Below are positions 35,680-45,804 of a DNA stretch of 54,056 bases, in pieces; positions within the stretch are counted from its first letter, which is position 1; every line of letters starts with the position of its first letter. The stretch is from assembly GCA_002863065.1 (NCBI GenBank), contig PKDL01000412.1, positions 1 through 54,056 of the forward strand, written 5' to 3'. Made by a program: the position numbers and the translations under genes. The stretch comes from Pseudomonadota bacterium. GTDB lineage: Bacteria > Myxococcota_A > UBA9042 > GCA-2863065. Under the pieces are notes generated by a model that saw nothing but the letters and a program-made list of their open reading frames with translations, was not told the origin of the DNA and did not search any database.

Positions 35680-35708
35680 TTAGTTGGTCGCCGCTGACGG
35701 TGCTATTG

Positions 35709-35738
35709 GCGGATTGCAGTGTGCACACTGTAATCCGT
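35709..35738 (+). terminator. Strong 13-bp hairpin after rho (no U-tract)
   Basis: GCGGATTGCAGTG-TGCA-CACTGTAATCCGT; function (terminator, processing or stability) is inferred. Confidence 0.45.
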
Positions 35739-35823
35739 GCTTGCCAACACCTCGGCTCCATGCTAGTTCACCGCTCCCTTATGCACTTATCCACGGTGCA
35801 AAGATAAACTGAGGAGTTACCCA

Positions 35824-36081
35824 ATGCGAGAGGGAATCCACCCGGAATATCAGTTCGTTGTCTTCCAAGACGCGTCCGCAGATTTCGCTTTTCTAACCCG
35901 CTCCACGATGAAGTCTGAGAAGACCATCAAGTGGGAAGACGGAAACGAGTATCCGTTGATTTCACTCGATATTTCGAGTGCATCGCATCCGTTTTATACG
36001 GGTAAGCAAAAGATTGTGGATACAGCTGGTCGAGTGGATCGCTTCCGCCGCCGCTATTCGCAATTTCAGGCGAAGTCCTAG
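35824..36081 (+). CDS. rpmE2: 50S ribosomal protein L31 type B (zinc-free)
   Basis: [48 protein letters not shown]; no CxxC pairs; 85 aa. Confidence 0.95.
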   Translation: MREGIHPEYQFVVFQDASADFAFLTRSTMKSEKTIKWEDGNEYPLISLDISSASHPFYTGKQKIVDTAGRVDRFRRRYSQFQAKS

Positions 36082-36090
36082 TCTGCATCG

Positions 36091-37158
36091 ATGCGAGAGA
36101 AGCTCGCATCATTCGCGGAGCGATTTGACGAGATCCTAAGCTTGATGGGCGACCCCCAAGTGGTGTCCGACCAGAAGCTCTACAGGGAACTTGCGTCTGA
36201 GCACCGCCACCTTGAACCGTTGGTACATGCGTGGCGCCAACTCACTGGGTTGGAATCGGAGCTAGCGGACTCCCGAAGTCTGTTGAAAGACTCCGACCCA
36301 GACATGCGTGAGATGGCGCGTGAAGAAGTTTCTCGCCTGGGACCGGCTATTGAAGAAATAGAGCAGTCGCTCAGAATACTCCTTCTCCCTCGTGATCCTA
36401 ACGACGATAAAAACGTCATCCTAGAAATCCGTGCTGGCACTGGCGGTGATGAAGCCGCGTTATTTGCAGCGGATGTCTACCGCATGTATCAGCGGTACGC
36501 TGAGGCGAATTCATGGCGTATTGAAGTACTCGATGTGAGCGAAAACGATATTGGTGGGTTCAAGGAAGTTGTTTGTTCCATCACTGGTGCATCGGTCTTC
36601 TCCCGGCTGAAGTTTGAATCTGGTGTGCACCGCGTCCAGCGAGTGCCATCCACCGAAACACAAGGTCGGATTCATACGAGTGCTTGTACGGTAGCGATTC
36701 TTCCCGAAGCGGATGATGTAGAGGTAGAAGTCAATGATTCTGAGCTGAGAATCGATACCTACCGCGCTAGCGGCGCGGGTGGCCAGCACGTCAATAAGAC
36801 TGAATCGGCGATACGGATTACCCACTTGCCGTCTGGACTGGTTGTGACCTGTCAAGATGAGAAGTCGCAACACAAAAATAAAGCGAAGGCGATGAAGATT
36901 TTACGGGCGCGGCTTTTTGAGCAAATGGAGGCTGAAGCCCATGCAGAGCGCGCTGCAGACCGCAAATCGCAGGTAGGCTCTGGCGATCGCTCAGAACGTA
37001 TTCGGACTTACAATTACCCACAAAACCGACTGACAGACCACCGGATCAACTTGACGCTCTACAAACTTGACCAAATTGTACAGGGTGCAATGGACATGGT
37101 GATTGAACCACTAATCCAGCAGCATCAAGCCGATCTTATGATGCAAGAGTCTGCATAA
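36091..37158 (+). CDS. prfA: Peptide chain release factor 1
   Basis: [30 protein letters not shown] (PxT), [19 protein letters not shown]. Confidence 0.98.
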   Translation: MREKLASFAERFDEILSLMGDPQVVSDQKLYRELASEHRHLEPLVHAWRQLTGLESELADSRSLLKDSDPDMREMAREEVSRLGPAIEEIEQSLRILLLPRDPNDDKNVILEIRAGTGGDEAALFAADVYRMYQRYAEANSWRIEVLDVSENDIGGFKEVVCSITGASVFSRLKFESGVHRVQRVPSTETQGRIHTSACTVAILPEADDVEVEVNDSELRIDTYRASGAGGQHVNKTESAIRITHLPSGLVVTCQDEKSQHKNKAKAMKILRARLFEQMEAEAHAERAADRKSQVGSGDRSERIRTYNYPQNRLTDHRINLTLYKLDQIVQGAMDMVIEPLIQQHQADLMMQESA

Positions 37159-37336
37159 CTGCGGTTACCTTTCCGTAGTACGGATTCGAACGCCTCCACA
37201 GTGCCGACTGCGTACGATGCAGCATACATGTCAAAATTGTATTGCACTTCCGGCGCGGACCAGAGCGATAAGGTATTCATGAATTTCTCGCGTGCGTCGA
37301 TATCTGTCGTGATAGTGCGGTCGGGAGGAGTGTGAG

Positions 37337-38068
37337 ATGCGTTACGGAATTTTTAGCGACGTCCATGGAAATGTAGAAGCCTTGACGGCTTGTATTAAAG
37401 CACTCCGTGATGCCGGTTGTGAACGATTCGCATGTCTCGGCGATATCGTGGGCTACGGCTCTGACCCCGATATATGTGTGGATATCGTTCGGGATGTGGC
37501 AGATATTGTGGTGATTGGAAATCACGACGCGGCGGTCGTAGGCCGTCATGATGCGTCCCACGCGCATATCGCGGCACAGCAAGCATTTGCGTATTCCAAG
37601 AAAGCTTTAAAAGATAACAATATAGATTGGCTACAGTCACTGAGCTACGTGCATACGGATGGGGATATCTGCTTCTGTCATGGTTCGCCGATTGATGCGG
37701 AGAACTTCGACTATGTATTTAGCCTGGACAAGGCCGCGTCTTTGAATGAAAGGTTCGACACCCTTTCGAAGCTGACCTTCGTGGGCCACTCGCATCTCAC
37801 AACATCTTTCTTGGTCACGCCAAGACTTGCACTGCAGGTGTCATCGCCGCGTTTTCAAATCCGACAGGGCTCGAAATATGTGTTCAATGTGGGAAGTGTG
37901 GGACAACCTCGTGACCGTGATCGGCGTGCATGCTGTGTTGTGTACGATTCTGATGCGAGTTCTGTAACCTTCTTACGAGTGGAATACGATATCGATTCAG
38001 CAGCACAAAAAATTGTGGACGCAGAGCTGCCTCCATCCTTCGCAGAGCGTCTTTTCCATGGCGTGTGA
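37337..38068 (+). CDS. Metallophosphoesterase (calcineurin-like superfamily)
   Basis: SDVHGN, LGDIVGYG, GNHD, CHGSP, GHSH, NVGSVGQPRD. Confidence 0.9.
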   Translation: MRYGIFSDVHGNVEALTACIKALRDAGCERFACLGDIVGYGSDPDICVDIVRDVADIVVIGNHDAAVVGRHDASHAHIAAQQAFAYSKKALKDNNIDWLQSLSYVHTDGDICFCHGSPIDAENFDYVFSLDKAASLNERFDTLSKLTFVGHSHLTTSFLVTPRLALQVSSPRFQIRQGSKYVFNVGSVGQPRDRDRRACCVVYDSDASSVTFLRVEYDIDSAAQKIVDAELPPSFAERLFHGV

Positions 38069-38092
38069 TCCTGGCCGAAGTATTGGCGTCAC

Positions 38093-40156
38093 CTACCATT
38101 TGCTGGGTAGTGACTGTACTGACATCAGGTGGCCACTCTGATGTAGGAGCAACAGCGATACAAGCATGGCCCTCCTTTCGTCCGGCGCACGAACGCTGGC
38201 CGCCTTCAGGTGGTCTTTAACGGGGATCGCAGGTCCGGTCAGGTGACGAATCTGACGGAACTCGGTGGCGGTAAGCTCAAGTGATTCAATAGGGAACGGA
38301 TTATTTCGTGAGCGGTGGATCCGGGGATTACCCAGCCTCGAAAAATAGCCACGTATCGCGTCATCGCTAAAGTTGTCCCGTATCGCTCTGCCGATCAGTG
38401 GGAGTACGTCTAGGTCGAAAGGCACCGCGTCAACCGGGGGTGGCTCAATAAAAAAAACGGATTGCCCTGCACGCCACGTGAAGACATCGCAGACTGCCTC
38501 GATGATTCGCTGTTTCAAATGCTGGTATAGAGATTGTGGGTCGATAAAGCCCAAACGAACGAGCTCTGGGCCAATCCGTTCATCGTAGCTGTGGGCATTA
38601 CTGAAGGCCTCAGCTAGCTGCTCGTCACTGATTAGTCCATTATCTACAAGCCAGTACCCTACCTGTTCTCTGCGTCGGTCTGAGTGTGTACTCAGAACGC
38701 GGCCTTTCACGAAAATTATTTCCCGTACGAGTCCTTCACGCACGAGCCGGAGCCGTCCCGTCAGCCGCTCCGCCGCAATTTTGGAGTACAGCCCGATGGC
38801 GGCGAAGCGATCAAAAAACGTGGTCGAAAGGCCTTCATGGCCTGAACCGATGAATTCTGACACGGCTTCAGCCATGGTCGTGATTTCGCGTAGAGGGCGC
38901 CATTCAGCTCCGTTAACACTGACGAGCTGGTTTGGTTTTACTGCCTTGTCTATCACCAATTGCAAGACCTCAGAGTAGAGCATAGGGGTGTCTTTACGTC
39001 CTGGAACCTGGTCTTTGAACACGAATTGGGCGGAGCGTATTTTTAGGTGCTCAGTGCGTGTCCGCGTCGCCTCACTCATTCTTAGCGAACCAATAAGGTT
39101 CGATTTTGTTCCGAGTCCAAGTCGCCATGACTCAGACAGAGTTCTCGACTGCAATGGCGCGTTACTCGACCCCTGTATAGCTTCCTTCTGCATCAGATCC
39201 TGGATGAAACGTCCAACTGCACTGGCTGATGTATACCGACCATGGTCAAATATTGCGGCCGTCAAATCGTCCGCTAATTCACCAGCCGAATGATATCGGC
39301 TCGATGTATCTGGGGTGATTGAACGCCGTAAAACGTTGGCAATCGCTTCGGGGATTTCCGGGTGCCGGTTTAACCGTGATTGGATGTTGGCGGCACGGAT
39401 ATTCGCCATGGTTTTGATTGGTGATCGTGATTTGAATAGCCGCTTGAGCGTGAGCATTTCATATAAAATAACGCCTAAAGCGAAGATGTCGCTGCGGCGG
39501 TCAATTGTCTGCCCTGCCACTTGCTCCGGAGACATATACGCCAGCTTACCCCGTTGTGATCCTGAGAACGCATTAACACCCTTCTCGAAGTTAGCTCGGG
39601 CAACCCCAAAGTCCGTAAGTTTAACATTACCGTCTTTACTCAATAGAACATTCGACGGCGAGACATCTAAATGTACAATGCCGAGTGGCTTTCCCATCGC
39701 ATCAGTCGCTGTATGCGCATGTTCTAAACCTCTCGCAAGTTCAATGCAGATGTGCAGCACAATTTCGACAGGAAGCGGTGTGACCGAAGTCGAGGCTTGA
39801 AAGAGCACTCGAAGTAAATCCCAACCTGGGACATATTCCATCGCAATGAAGTGCTCACCGTTGACTTGCCCTAATTCAAATATCTGCACGATATTGTTGT
39901 GTTGGAGCTGGCTACAAACCTTTGCTTCCTGAATGAGCATTTGGATAAAGGCGCTGCGTTGGCTGTGCTCCGGCAGGATGCGTTTTAGCACTAATGGTTT
40001 TCTAAAGCCTTGAACGCCTTGCAGCGCAGCGAGCCAGATGTTGGCCATACCTCCGCGACCAATATGCCTCAGCAATGTGTATTTACCGAGACGGCCTAGT
40101 GACTCTTCCGCGGTTTCAAGTGTGTCGTTCACTGGAAACCTTCGACCGTGCAGCAT
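38093..40156 (-). CDS. Cytoplasmic Hanks-type Ser/Thr kinase with C-terminal GYF-like and DUF4388-like domains
   Basis: IGRGGMA, VLKRI, HLDVSPSNVLL, DFGVA, GKLAYMSPEQ, SDIFALG; later VSVNGAEWRPL and TGRLRL..REIIFVKGRV..VFTWRAGQSVF; no TM segment. Confidence 0.88.
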   Translation of the reverse strand: MLHGRRFPVNDTLETAEESLGRLGKYTLLRHIGRGGMANIWLAALQGVQGFRKPLVLKRILPEHSQRSAFIQMLIQEAKVCSQLQHNNIVQIFELGQVNGEHFIAMEYVPGWDLLRVLFQASTSVTPLPVEIVLHICIELARGLEHAHTATDAMGKPLGIVHLDVSPSNVLLSKDGNVKLTDFGVARANFEKGVNAFSGSQRGKLAYMSPEQVAGQTIDRRSDIFALGVILYEMLTLKRLFKSRSPIKTMANIRAANIQSRLNRHPEIPEAIANVLRRSITPDTSSRYHSAGELADDLTAAIFDHGRYTSASAVGRFIQDLMQKEAIQGSSNAPLQSRTLSESWRLGLGTKSNLIGSLRMSEATRTRTEHLKIRSAQFVFKDQVPGRKDTPMLYSEVLQLVIDKAVKPNQLVSVNGAEWRPLREITTMAEAVSEFIGSGHEGLSTTFFDRFAAIGLYSKIAAERLTGRLRLVREGLVREIIFVKGRVLSTHSDRRREQVGYWLVDNGLISDEQLAEAFSNAHSYDERIGPELVRLGFIDPQSLYQHLKQRIIEAVCDVFTWRAGQSVFFIEPPPVDAVPFDLDVLPLIGRAIRDNFSDDAIRGYFSRLGNPRIHRSRNNPFPIESLELTATEFRQIRHLTGPAIPVKDHLKAASVRAPDERRAMLVSLLLLHQSGHLMSVQSLPSKW

Positions 40157-40366
40157 TCCGAACTCTTATCCCCATGGGCAAATCATATCGGAGGTATGGC
40201 CGTCTGAGAACATTGTGCGACGAACAGTTGCGCTTATTCAGTTGACGTGAATGGAGGTAATGCACACATTTTGTTGATCTGCCCTGTGGAACCGAGTGGT
40301 CGCGTACGCATCTAAGGGTCGTACGGATACATAGTGGGCTCATATGCGTACATTGAGAGGCAACCC

Positions 40367-41281
40367 ATGCGAATTGTAAGTTTATTACCGAGTGCCACCG
40401 AAATTGTGTCTGCGCTTGGCTTAGGTGACTCCATTGTGGGTGTGAGTCACGAATGTGATTACCCGGAGAGTGTGTCTGATCGCCCTCGTTTGACGCATTC
40501 TATCTTGCAGCACGGCTTGGATCCGAAGGCTGTAGACGCAGCAGTCGCGGATGCGTCGTTGAACGGCGTCCCGATTTATGCTGTCGACCCCGAGATTATG
40601 AAGAACCTTGCTCCCGACCTCATCGTGACTCAGGGGGTTTGCGATGTGTGCGCTGTCTCCGAACCAACGGTGTTTGATAGCCTCAAACTACTCCCTGCCG
40701 CAGGATCAGAGGTTCAAGTACTAAGTCTTACGGGTATGACCGTAGAGGGCATCATACGCGATATCACTCGAGTTGGGGAGGTGACAGGCCGCCCAGAGGC
40801 TGCGAGGAATTTGGTTCAAAGCATGCGTGCACGTTGGAGTGCAGTCGAGGCACTACCTCCTCTGCCGACGCCGCCTCGAGTCTTGATGTTGGAATGGCCC
40901 GACCCGGCTTGGACCGCAGGACACTGGGTACCGGAAGTTGTAACGGTAGCCGGTGGGACGGATGTATTCGGTGTTGCTGGAGGTCTATCGGAGCGTAAAT
41001 CCTGGGAAGATGTCGCTGCTTCAGATCCGGATGTGATTGTGAGTGTGGCGTGTGGACACGGCCTAGAAAAGAACCTCGAGTTTGCCCGCTCGTTACGCAC
41101 ACATCGGTTGATGCGGAATGTAACTGCGGTACAAGAAGGGCGCGTATATGCCGCGGATGCGAATAGCTACTTCAGTCGTCCGGCACCTCGAGTTGTTCGA
41201 GGCGCAGAATTGATGGCATATGTGCTGGGGCGTAAAAATGCAGGCATACCCGGCGATCATGAGCTTGTACGTGCCTGGTGA
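40367..41281 (+). CDS. BtuF-like (cobalamin/siderophore) substrate-binding family protein lacking a signal peptide
   Basis: MRIVSLLPSATEIVSALGL..VGVSHECDYP, PDLIVTQGVCDVCAV, LEWPDP..AGHWVPE, FSRPAPR. Confidence 0.8.
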   Translation: MRIVSLLPSATEIVSALGLGDSIVGVSHECDYPESVSDRPRLTHSILQHGLDPKAVDAAVADASLNGVPIYAVDPEIMKNLAPDLIVTQGVCDVCAVSEPTVFDSLKLLPAAGSEVQVLSLTGMTVEGIIRDITRVGEVTGRPEAARNLVQSMRARWSAVEALPPLPTPPRVLMLEWPDPAWTAGHWVPEVVTVAGGTDVFGVAGGLSERKSWEDVAASDPDVIVSVACGHGLEKNLEFARSLRTHRLMRNVTAVQEGRVYAADANSYFSRPAPRVVRGAELMAYVLGRKNAGIPGDHELVRAW

Positions 41282-42419
41282 GTTGCATATTGAAGTCGTT
41301 CCCGGACTAGACCACGTCGACGCATTGCAGTGGGACCGGCTTGTCGAGCCGGACAACCCATTTATGGAACACCGGTTTCTGTACGCTTTGGAGTCTTCTG
41401 GCAGTGTCGGTAAAGCTGCAGGATGGGCTCCTTGTCATATCCTCGTGACGCGCGACGGCGAACTCGTCGGGGCTGCGCCGCTCTACCTCAAAAGCCATAG
41501 CTACGGGGAGTATATATTTGACTGGGGTTGGGCAAATGCTGCTGACCGTGCAGGGCTAGACTACTACCCCAAATTGGTTTGCGCCGTTCCATTCACACCT
41601 GCATCGGGTCGTAGGCTGCTGCTGGTGGACGGTTTCGATAACGGACCGATCTTGGGAGCATTGATTGCTGGGATGCGAGAGATGGCAACTCGTACTCAAA
41701 GCAGTAGCATACACATACTTTTTTGCACTGAGCATGAGCGCGCTGCACTCGAAGCACATGAGTTCCTGCCACGCCTAACCTATCAATTTCACTGGACTAA
41801 CTCTGGTCCTTGGGGTTCATTCGACGAGTATTTGAAGTCATTTCGAGCGAGTGCACGCAGGAAGGTCAATAAGGAGCGCCGCGAAGCGACAGCATCTGGA
41901 CTCGACATCCGGCTTATCACTGGTTCATCGATGTCGGATGCAGAAGTGGACGCGATGTATTCGTTCTATGTAGCGACAGCAACGCGTAAATGGGGTAACC
42001 CCTACCTAACACATGCATTCTTTCGAGAGCTGAATCGTTCGCTAGAGGAGCGGGCATTGGTATCAATGGCGTACGAAAACGGAAGACCTGTGGCCGGCGC
42101 TTTAGGATTCCAGCGTGGCTCACACGTGTATGGGCGGCACTGGGGGTGCCTCGACCAATACGATAAGTTGCACTTTGAGCTGTGTTACTATCAATTCATT
42201 CAGGCGTGTACAGAGCGAGGATGGACTCGCTTTGAAGCGGGCGCTCAAGGCGAGCATAAAGTAAAGCGGGGGCTGCTTCCGTCTCCCACATACAGTTCGC
42301 ACTGGATTTCGCACCCAGGGTTATCTCGCGCGGTAGCAGAGTTTTTACCGCAAGAAGCAGAAAGCAACCTTGCAGAGATGCGTTACTTCGATGAGCGGAG
42401 TCCGTTTCGTCGTGACTGA
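41259..42419 (+). CDS. FemAB-like GNAT-superfamily protein (DUF482)
   Basis: NPFMEHRFLYALE, PLYLKSHSYGEYIFDWGWA, YPKLV..VPFTP, YGRHWG, LHFELCYYQ, FEAGAQGEHK..RG. Confidence 0.85.
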   Translation: MSLYVPGELHIEVVPGLDHVDALQWDRLVEPDNPFMEHRFLYALESSGSVGKAAGWAPCHILVTRDGELVGAAPLYLKSHSYGEYIFDWGWANAADRAGLDYYPKLVCAVPFTPASGRRLLLVDGFDNGPILGALIAGMREMATRTQSSSIHILFCTEHERAALEAHEFLPRLTYQFHWTNSGPWGSFDEYLKSFRASARRKVNKERREATASGLDIRLITGSSMSDAEVDAMYSFYVATATRKWGNPYLTHAFFRELNRSLEERALVSMAYENGRPVAGALGFQRGSHVYGRHWGCLDQYDKLHFELCYYQFIQACTERGWTRFEAGAQGEHKVKRGLLPSPTYSSHWISHPGLSRAVAEFLPQEAESNLAEMRYFDERSPFRRD

Positions 42420-42443
42420 TGGGTCCTACGTCCGGCGGTAGAA

Positions 42444-43259
42444 CTATTCTGGCGTCATGCTTAAACCAAGGGTTAGTTGAGGCGTGAGCAGTTCGCGCAC
42501 TGCTGCAAAACTCGTGCGGTGGATAGGGCTCGGGCCTAGCCTTTTCAACGCAGCTTTATGCGCGGCCACTGGATATCCTTTATGTTGTGCAAATCCATAG
42601 CCCGGGTAGGTCTCATCCATTTCGATCATTAGGGCATCTCGAGTCGTTTTAGCGATGATGGAGGCAGCTGCAATGGATAGGCTACGCGCGTCGCCCTTGA
42701 TAAGTGATTCCTGGGGGAGCGTCATATTCGGTACGTGTCGCGCGTCAACCAATAACGCTGCAGGTGGTACGCTCAGTCCCTTCACGGCTCTCTCCATGGC
42801 GAGCAAGCTAGCATGGTAGACGTTTATGCTATCGATTTCTTTTGGGGCAACTGAGCCAACGGCCCATGCGATCGCCCGCGTCTTGATCTTTTCGGCTAAT
42901 TGAGCTCGGCGCTCTGCGGTAAGCTTCTTTGAATCATCAACGCCACGCCATCGTGCAGTCGTAGGGAGGATGACTGCGGCGGCTACCACGGGTCCAGCAA
43001 GAGGTGATACACCTGCTTCATCAACCCCTGCGACATGGGTCGTACCTTGGTCCCACCAGGCCTTCTCGTGCTGAAGCATTTTTCGAAGGCGTTGTCCCTC
43101 TTTGCGGTTCAAGCGTCTCCGTCGTTCAACCATGCGTAAAATCGTAGCGGCCCCTTTACGCGGGTCATTTCGCAGGCGAATCTCCCACTCTTTGGTGAGT
43201 GTTTCCTGCGAATCCACAAAGCGTCGTCGCAGCTGTGTAAGTGATTCCTGATCGGTCAT
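42444..43259 (-). CDS. rnhB: Ribonuclease HII
   Basis: AGVDEAGVSPLAGPVVAAAV, DDSKKL, LLVDA, IAAASIIAK, YGFAQHKGY, PIHRTSF; Bacillus-type N-terminal extension. Confidence 0.95.
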   Translation of the reverse strand: MTDQESLTQLRRRFVDSQETLTKEWEIRLRNDPRKGAATILRMVERRRRLNRKEGQRLRKMLQHEKAWWDQGTTHVAGVDEAGVSPLAGPVVAAAVILPTTARWRGVDDSKKLTAERRAQLAEKIKTRAIAWAVGSVAPKEIDSINVYHASLLAMERAVKGLSVPPAALLVDARHVPNMTLPQESLIKGDARSLSIAAASIIAKTTRDALMIEMDETYPGYGFAQHKGYPVAAHKAALKRLGPSPIHRTSFAAVRELLTPQLTLGLSMTPE

Positions 43260-43285
43260 GTCGTGCCTCCCTTGGGAGCGGTGGC

Positions 43286-43981
43286 CTACCAGTTTTCGGT
43301 ATATGGTCGAATGTCGAGTTCAAACGTCCAACAGGACTTATCTTGATGAGCCAGTTGGTACACTACGTCAGCAATTGCTTTTGGATTAATGAAGTCGTCA
43401 TCTGTCTTGGCAGGTATCATTCGCCGGGTGCGCTCCGAATCGATAATGCCATCTATTATCAGATACGCGACATGGACACCTTGCGGTCCCAGGCTCCTGG
43501 CCATGGACTGGCAGAGAGAGCGTTGTGCTGCCTTTGCCGGAGCGAATCCAGCGAAATTCGCTCCGCCCCTCAGTGACGCGGTTGCGCCGGTGACAATGAC
43601 TGCCCCCGAACCTTTCGCCAGCATATCGGAGACTGATTCTTGTCCGCAGTAAAGTAGACCGAATACGTTCGTTTCGAGCGCGCTATTGAGTTGTTCGGGC
43701 GATGTGTCGACGAAGGAGCTAAAGGTTCCAGTACCGGCATTATGTACGAGGACATCAACCGGTCCGAGTTGTTTTCGAATCGCAGCAAAGGTCTCGGTAA
43801 TTTGCTCAGCCGAGGTGATATCGGTTGGAAATGCGTGCGCGTTTGGTTCTGCATCTGCCCACGCTTGGAGGCGTTCTGTATTACGAGCCAGCATCGCGAC
43901 TTGATATCCTTGCCTCGCAAATCGGTTCACGATTGCTATGCCGTTACCGGGTCCTACCCCCGTTACTACACATACGCCCAT
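43286..43981 (-). CDS. Short-chain dehydrogenase/reductase
   Basis: VTGVGPGNG, VHNAG, TGATASLRG..FAPAKAAQRSL..GVHVAYLIIDG..ELDIRP. Start ATG 43981 behind GGAAGG. Confidence 0.9.
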   Translation of the reverse strand: MGVCVVTGVGPGNGIAIVNRFARQGYQVAMLARNTERLQAWADAEPNAHAFPTDITSAEQITETFAAIRKQLGPVDVLVHNAGTGTFSSFVDTSPEQLNSALETNVFGLLYCGQESVSDMLAKGSGAVIVTGATASLRGGANFAGFAPAKAAQRSLCQSMARSLGPQGVHVAYLIIDGIIDSERTRRMIPAKTDDDFINPKAIADVVYQLAHQDKSCWTFELDIRPYTENW

Positions 43982-44147
43982 CGCACCTTCCCCCTGTCGT
44001 CTGCCTTCTATGTGGTCTTTTAATAGTGCCGAGTCTAACCGATAGTCCTGCATGGAGGCGAACAACAATCGAGCGGTAGACAGGATGCATTTTTATTCGG
44101 CCGTACATTCTTGCGAACCTATCCGGTCTGGGCGCGGTAACAACTGT

Positions 44148-45611
44148 GTGAGAATTCTCTTCATCCAAGATAATGCCCTTGATGAATCCCAAGCTCTTGT
44201 GGAGCTTGCAGCATTTCTCGGCGGGCAAGGACATGACTGCAATCTACTCCTTGATCGCGTCGAGCGGGACATCACCGCTTCGGCTCGTTCCTACGACCCA
44301 GCCCTGATAATAGTTGCTTGTTCTATGCTCAATCATTGGTGGGGACGGGATGTCTCGGCACGGTTGCATCATGCTCTCAAGCAAACGCCGATCATCATCG
44401 GTGGAACCGCACCCACCGTATTCCCTGAGCTGCTTTCTGAGGCTCCAGTGGATGGGCTCATACGCGGAGAAGCTGAGGTCGTAGTCAAGGCGGTTGTGGA
44501 TCATCTTGCGGACGGAAATAGTTTTGCTTCGCTCACAGACGTGCCAGGTCTCTTTCGCTGGGTCGATGGGGAATTGGTGGGTAGTCCTGCCGTTCCCGGG
44601 ATGGACATGCATGCGATTCCATTAGCTAATAAGGACATTTACTACACGCGTTATCCCTTTATGCGTCAGTTTCCCTTCAAGCGCTTTCTCACCTCCCGCG
44701 GATGTCACCACCGCTGCCAATATTGCTACATTTCGACGTTGAACAAAGTGCAGCCTCGTCAGAAGGGTCGGAAATGGACGCGGAGGAAATCACCTGAGGT
44801 TGCGGTTGCTGAGGTGGCGCGCGAAAAGCACCTTGGACCGCTTACACACGTGCACTTTTCTGATGACCTCTTTACCAACGATAAGGAATGGTTGTTCGAG
44901 TTTGCTCCGCTCTACCGCCGTGAGGTCGGTATACCGTTTACTTGTAATACCTCGGCAGAACTAATCGATGATGACGTGGCCGAAGCACTTCGAGAGGCGG
45001 GCTGTTACTCGATTGGCTTTGCAGTTGAGACCGCTAACGCTCACATCCGGAACAAAGTTCTCAGAAAAGGGGTGAAGACCGACCATCTGCGTCGGGCAGC
45101 AGAGGCATTGCATCGTCATCAGGTGAAACTCGCGACCTTCAACATGCTGGCACTGCCGGGAGAAAGTCCAGATGAAGCGTTGGAAACAGCGCGTTTGAAT
45201 GCTCAGCTACGGACCGATTTTGTACGTCTCAACTTTGCTTTTCCAATGCCGGGTACAGGAATGAGTGACTACGCCATGGAACATGGTTTCATCTCCCAGA
45301 ATTGGCCTGACCGCTTCAAATCAGCAGAATTTCGGTACACACCGGGTCCTCAATTTCGGACTCCCTATCGGAAGGAGTTCGAAAACCTGTTCGTCTTGTT
45401 TCGAGTGGCGTCTACGAACGAACGACTGATACCTGGGGTGCGCAGAGCCTTACGACTGAATACACCGCGCAGTGTGCAAAATGTGCTGACATTACAAGGC
45501 GCGTGGAACGATAAGCGGAACTTCCGCATCCCTGTACTTGAAGGCATTAAGTTTTTTGCCAAGGTTGGTCGTCCCGAACTACGGGCTACGAACTTTCCTG
45601 CATTAATTTAG
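44148..45611 (+). CDS. Cobalamin-binding radical SAM protein (1)
   Basis: B12-binding N-domain (GGTAPT..P..LIRGEAE), TSRGCHHRCQYC (CxxxCxxC), FSDDLF, GFAVET, MLALPGES. Start set at GTG 44148. Confidence 0.9.
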   Translation: MRILFIQDNALDESQALVELAAFLGGQGHDCNLLLDRVERDITASARSYDPALIIVACSMLNHWWGRDVSARLHHALKQTPIIIGGTAPTVFPELLSEAPVDGLIRGEAEVVVKAVVDHLADGNSFASLTDVPGLFRWVDGELVGSPAVPGMDMHAIPLANKDIYYTRYPFMRQFPFKRFLTSRGCHHRCQYCYISTLNKVQPRQKGRKWTRRKSPEVAVAEVAREKHLGPLTHVHFSDDLFTNDKEWLFEFAPLYRREVGIPFTCNTSAELIDDDVAEALREAGCYSIGFAVETANAHIRNKVLRKGVKTDHLRRAAEALHRHQVKLATFNMLALPGESPDEALETARLNAQLRTDFVRLNFAFPMPGTGMSDYAMEHGFISQNWPDRFKSAEFRYTPGPQFRTPYRKEFENLFVLFRVASTNERLIPGVRRALRLNTPRSVQNVLTLQGAWNDKRNFRIPVLEGIKFFAKVGRPELRATNFPALI

Positions 45612-45804
45612 ACCGTGACCTGCACCGAGTAACTCGCGGTTTTGGTCAGAATAGACTCTGAGATGGGTCAAGGGACCTCAACTCGATACACTGCGTGCTT
45701 GACTTCATACTATCGACGCTTGGATCCTTATCAGTGGAAAGTAAGCGGACATCTCAGAAAAACGGCTACCACGTCGCCGTCGTGGAGCCAAAGGGGACAG
45801 CCCG

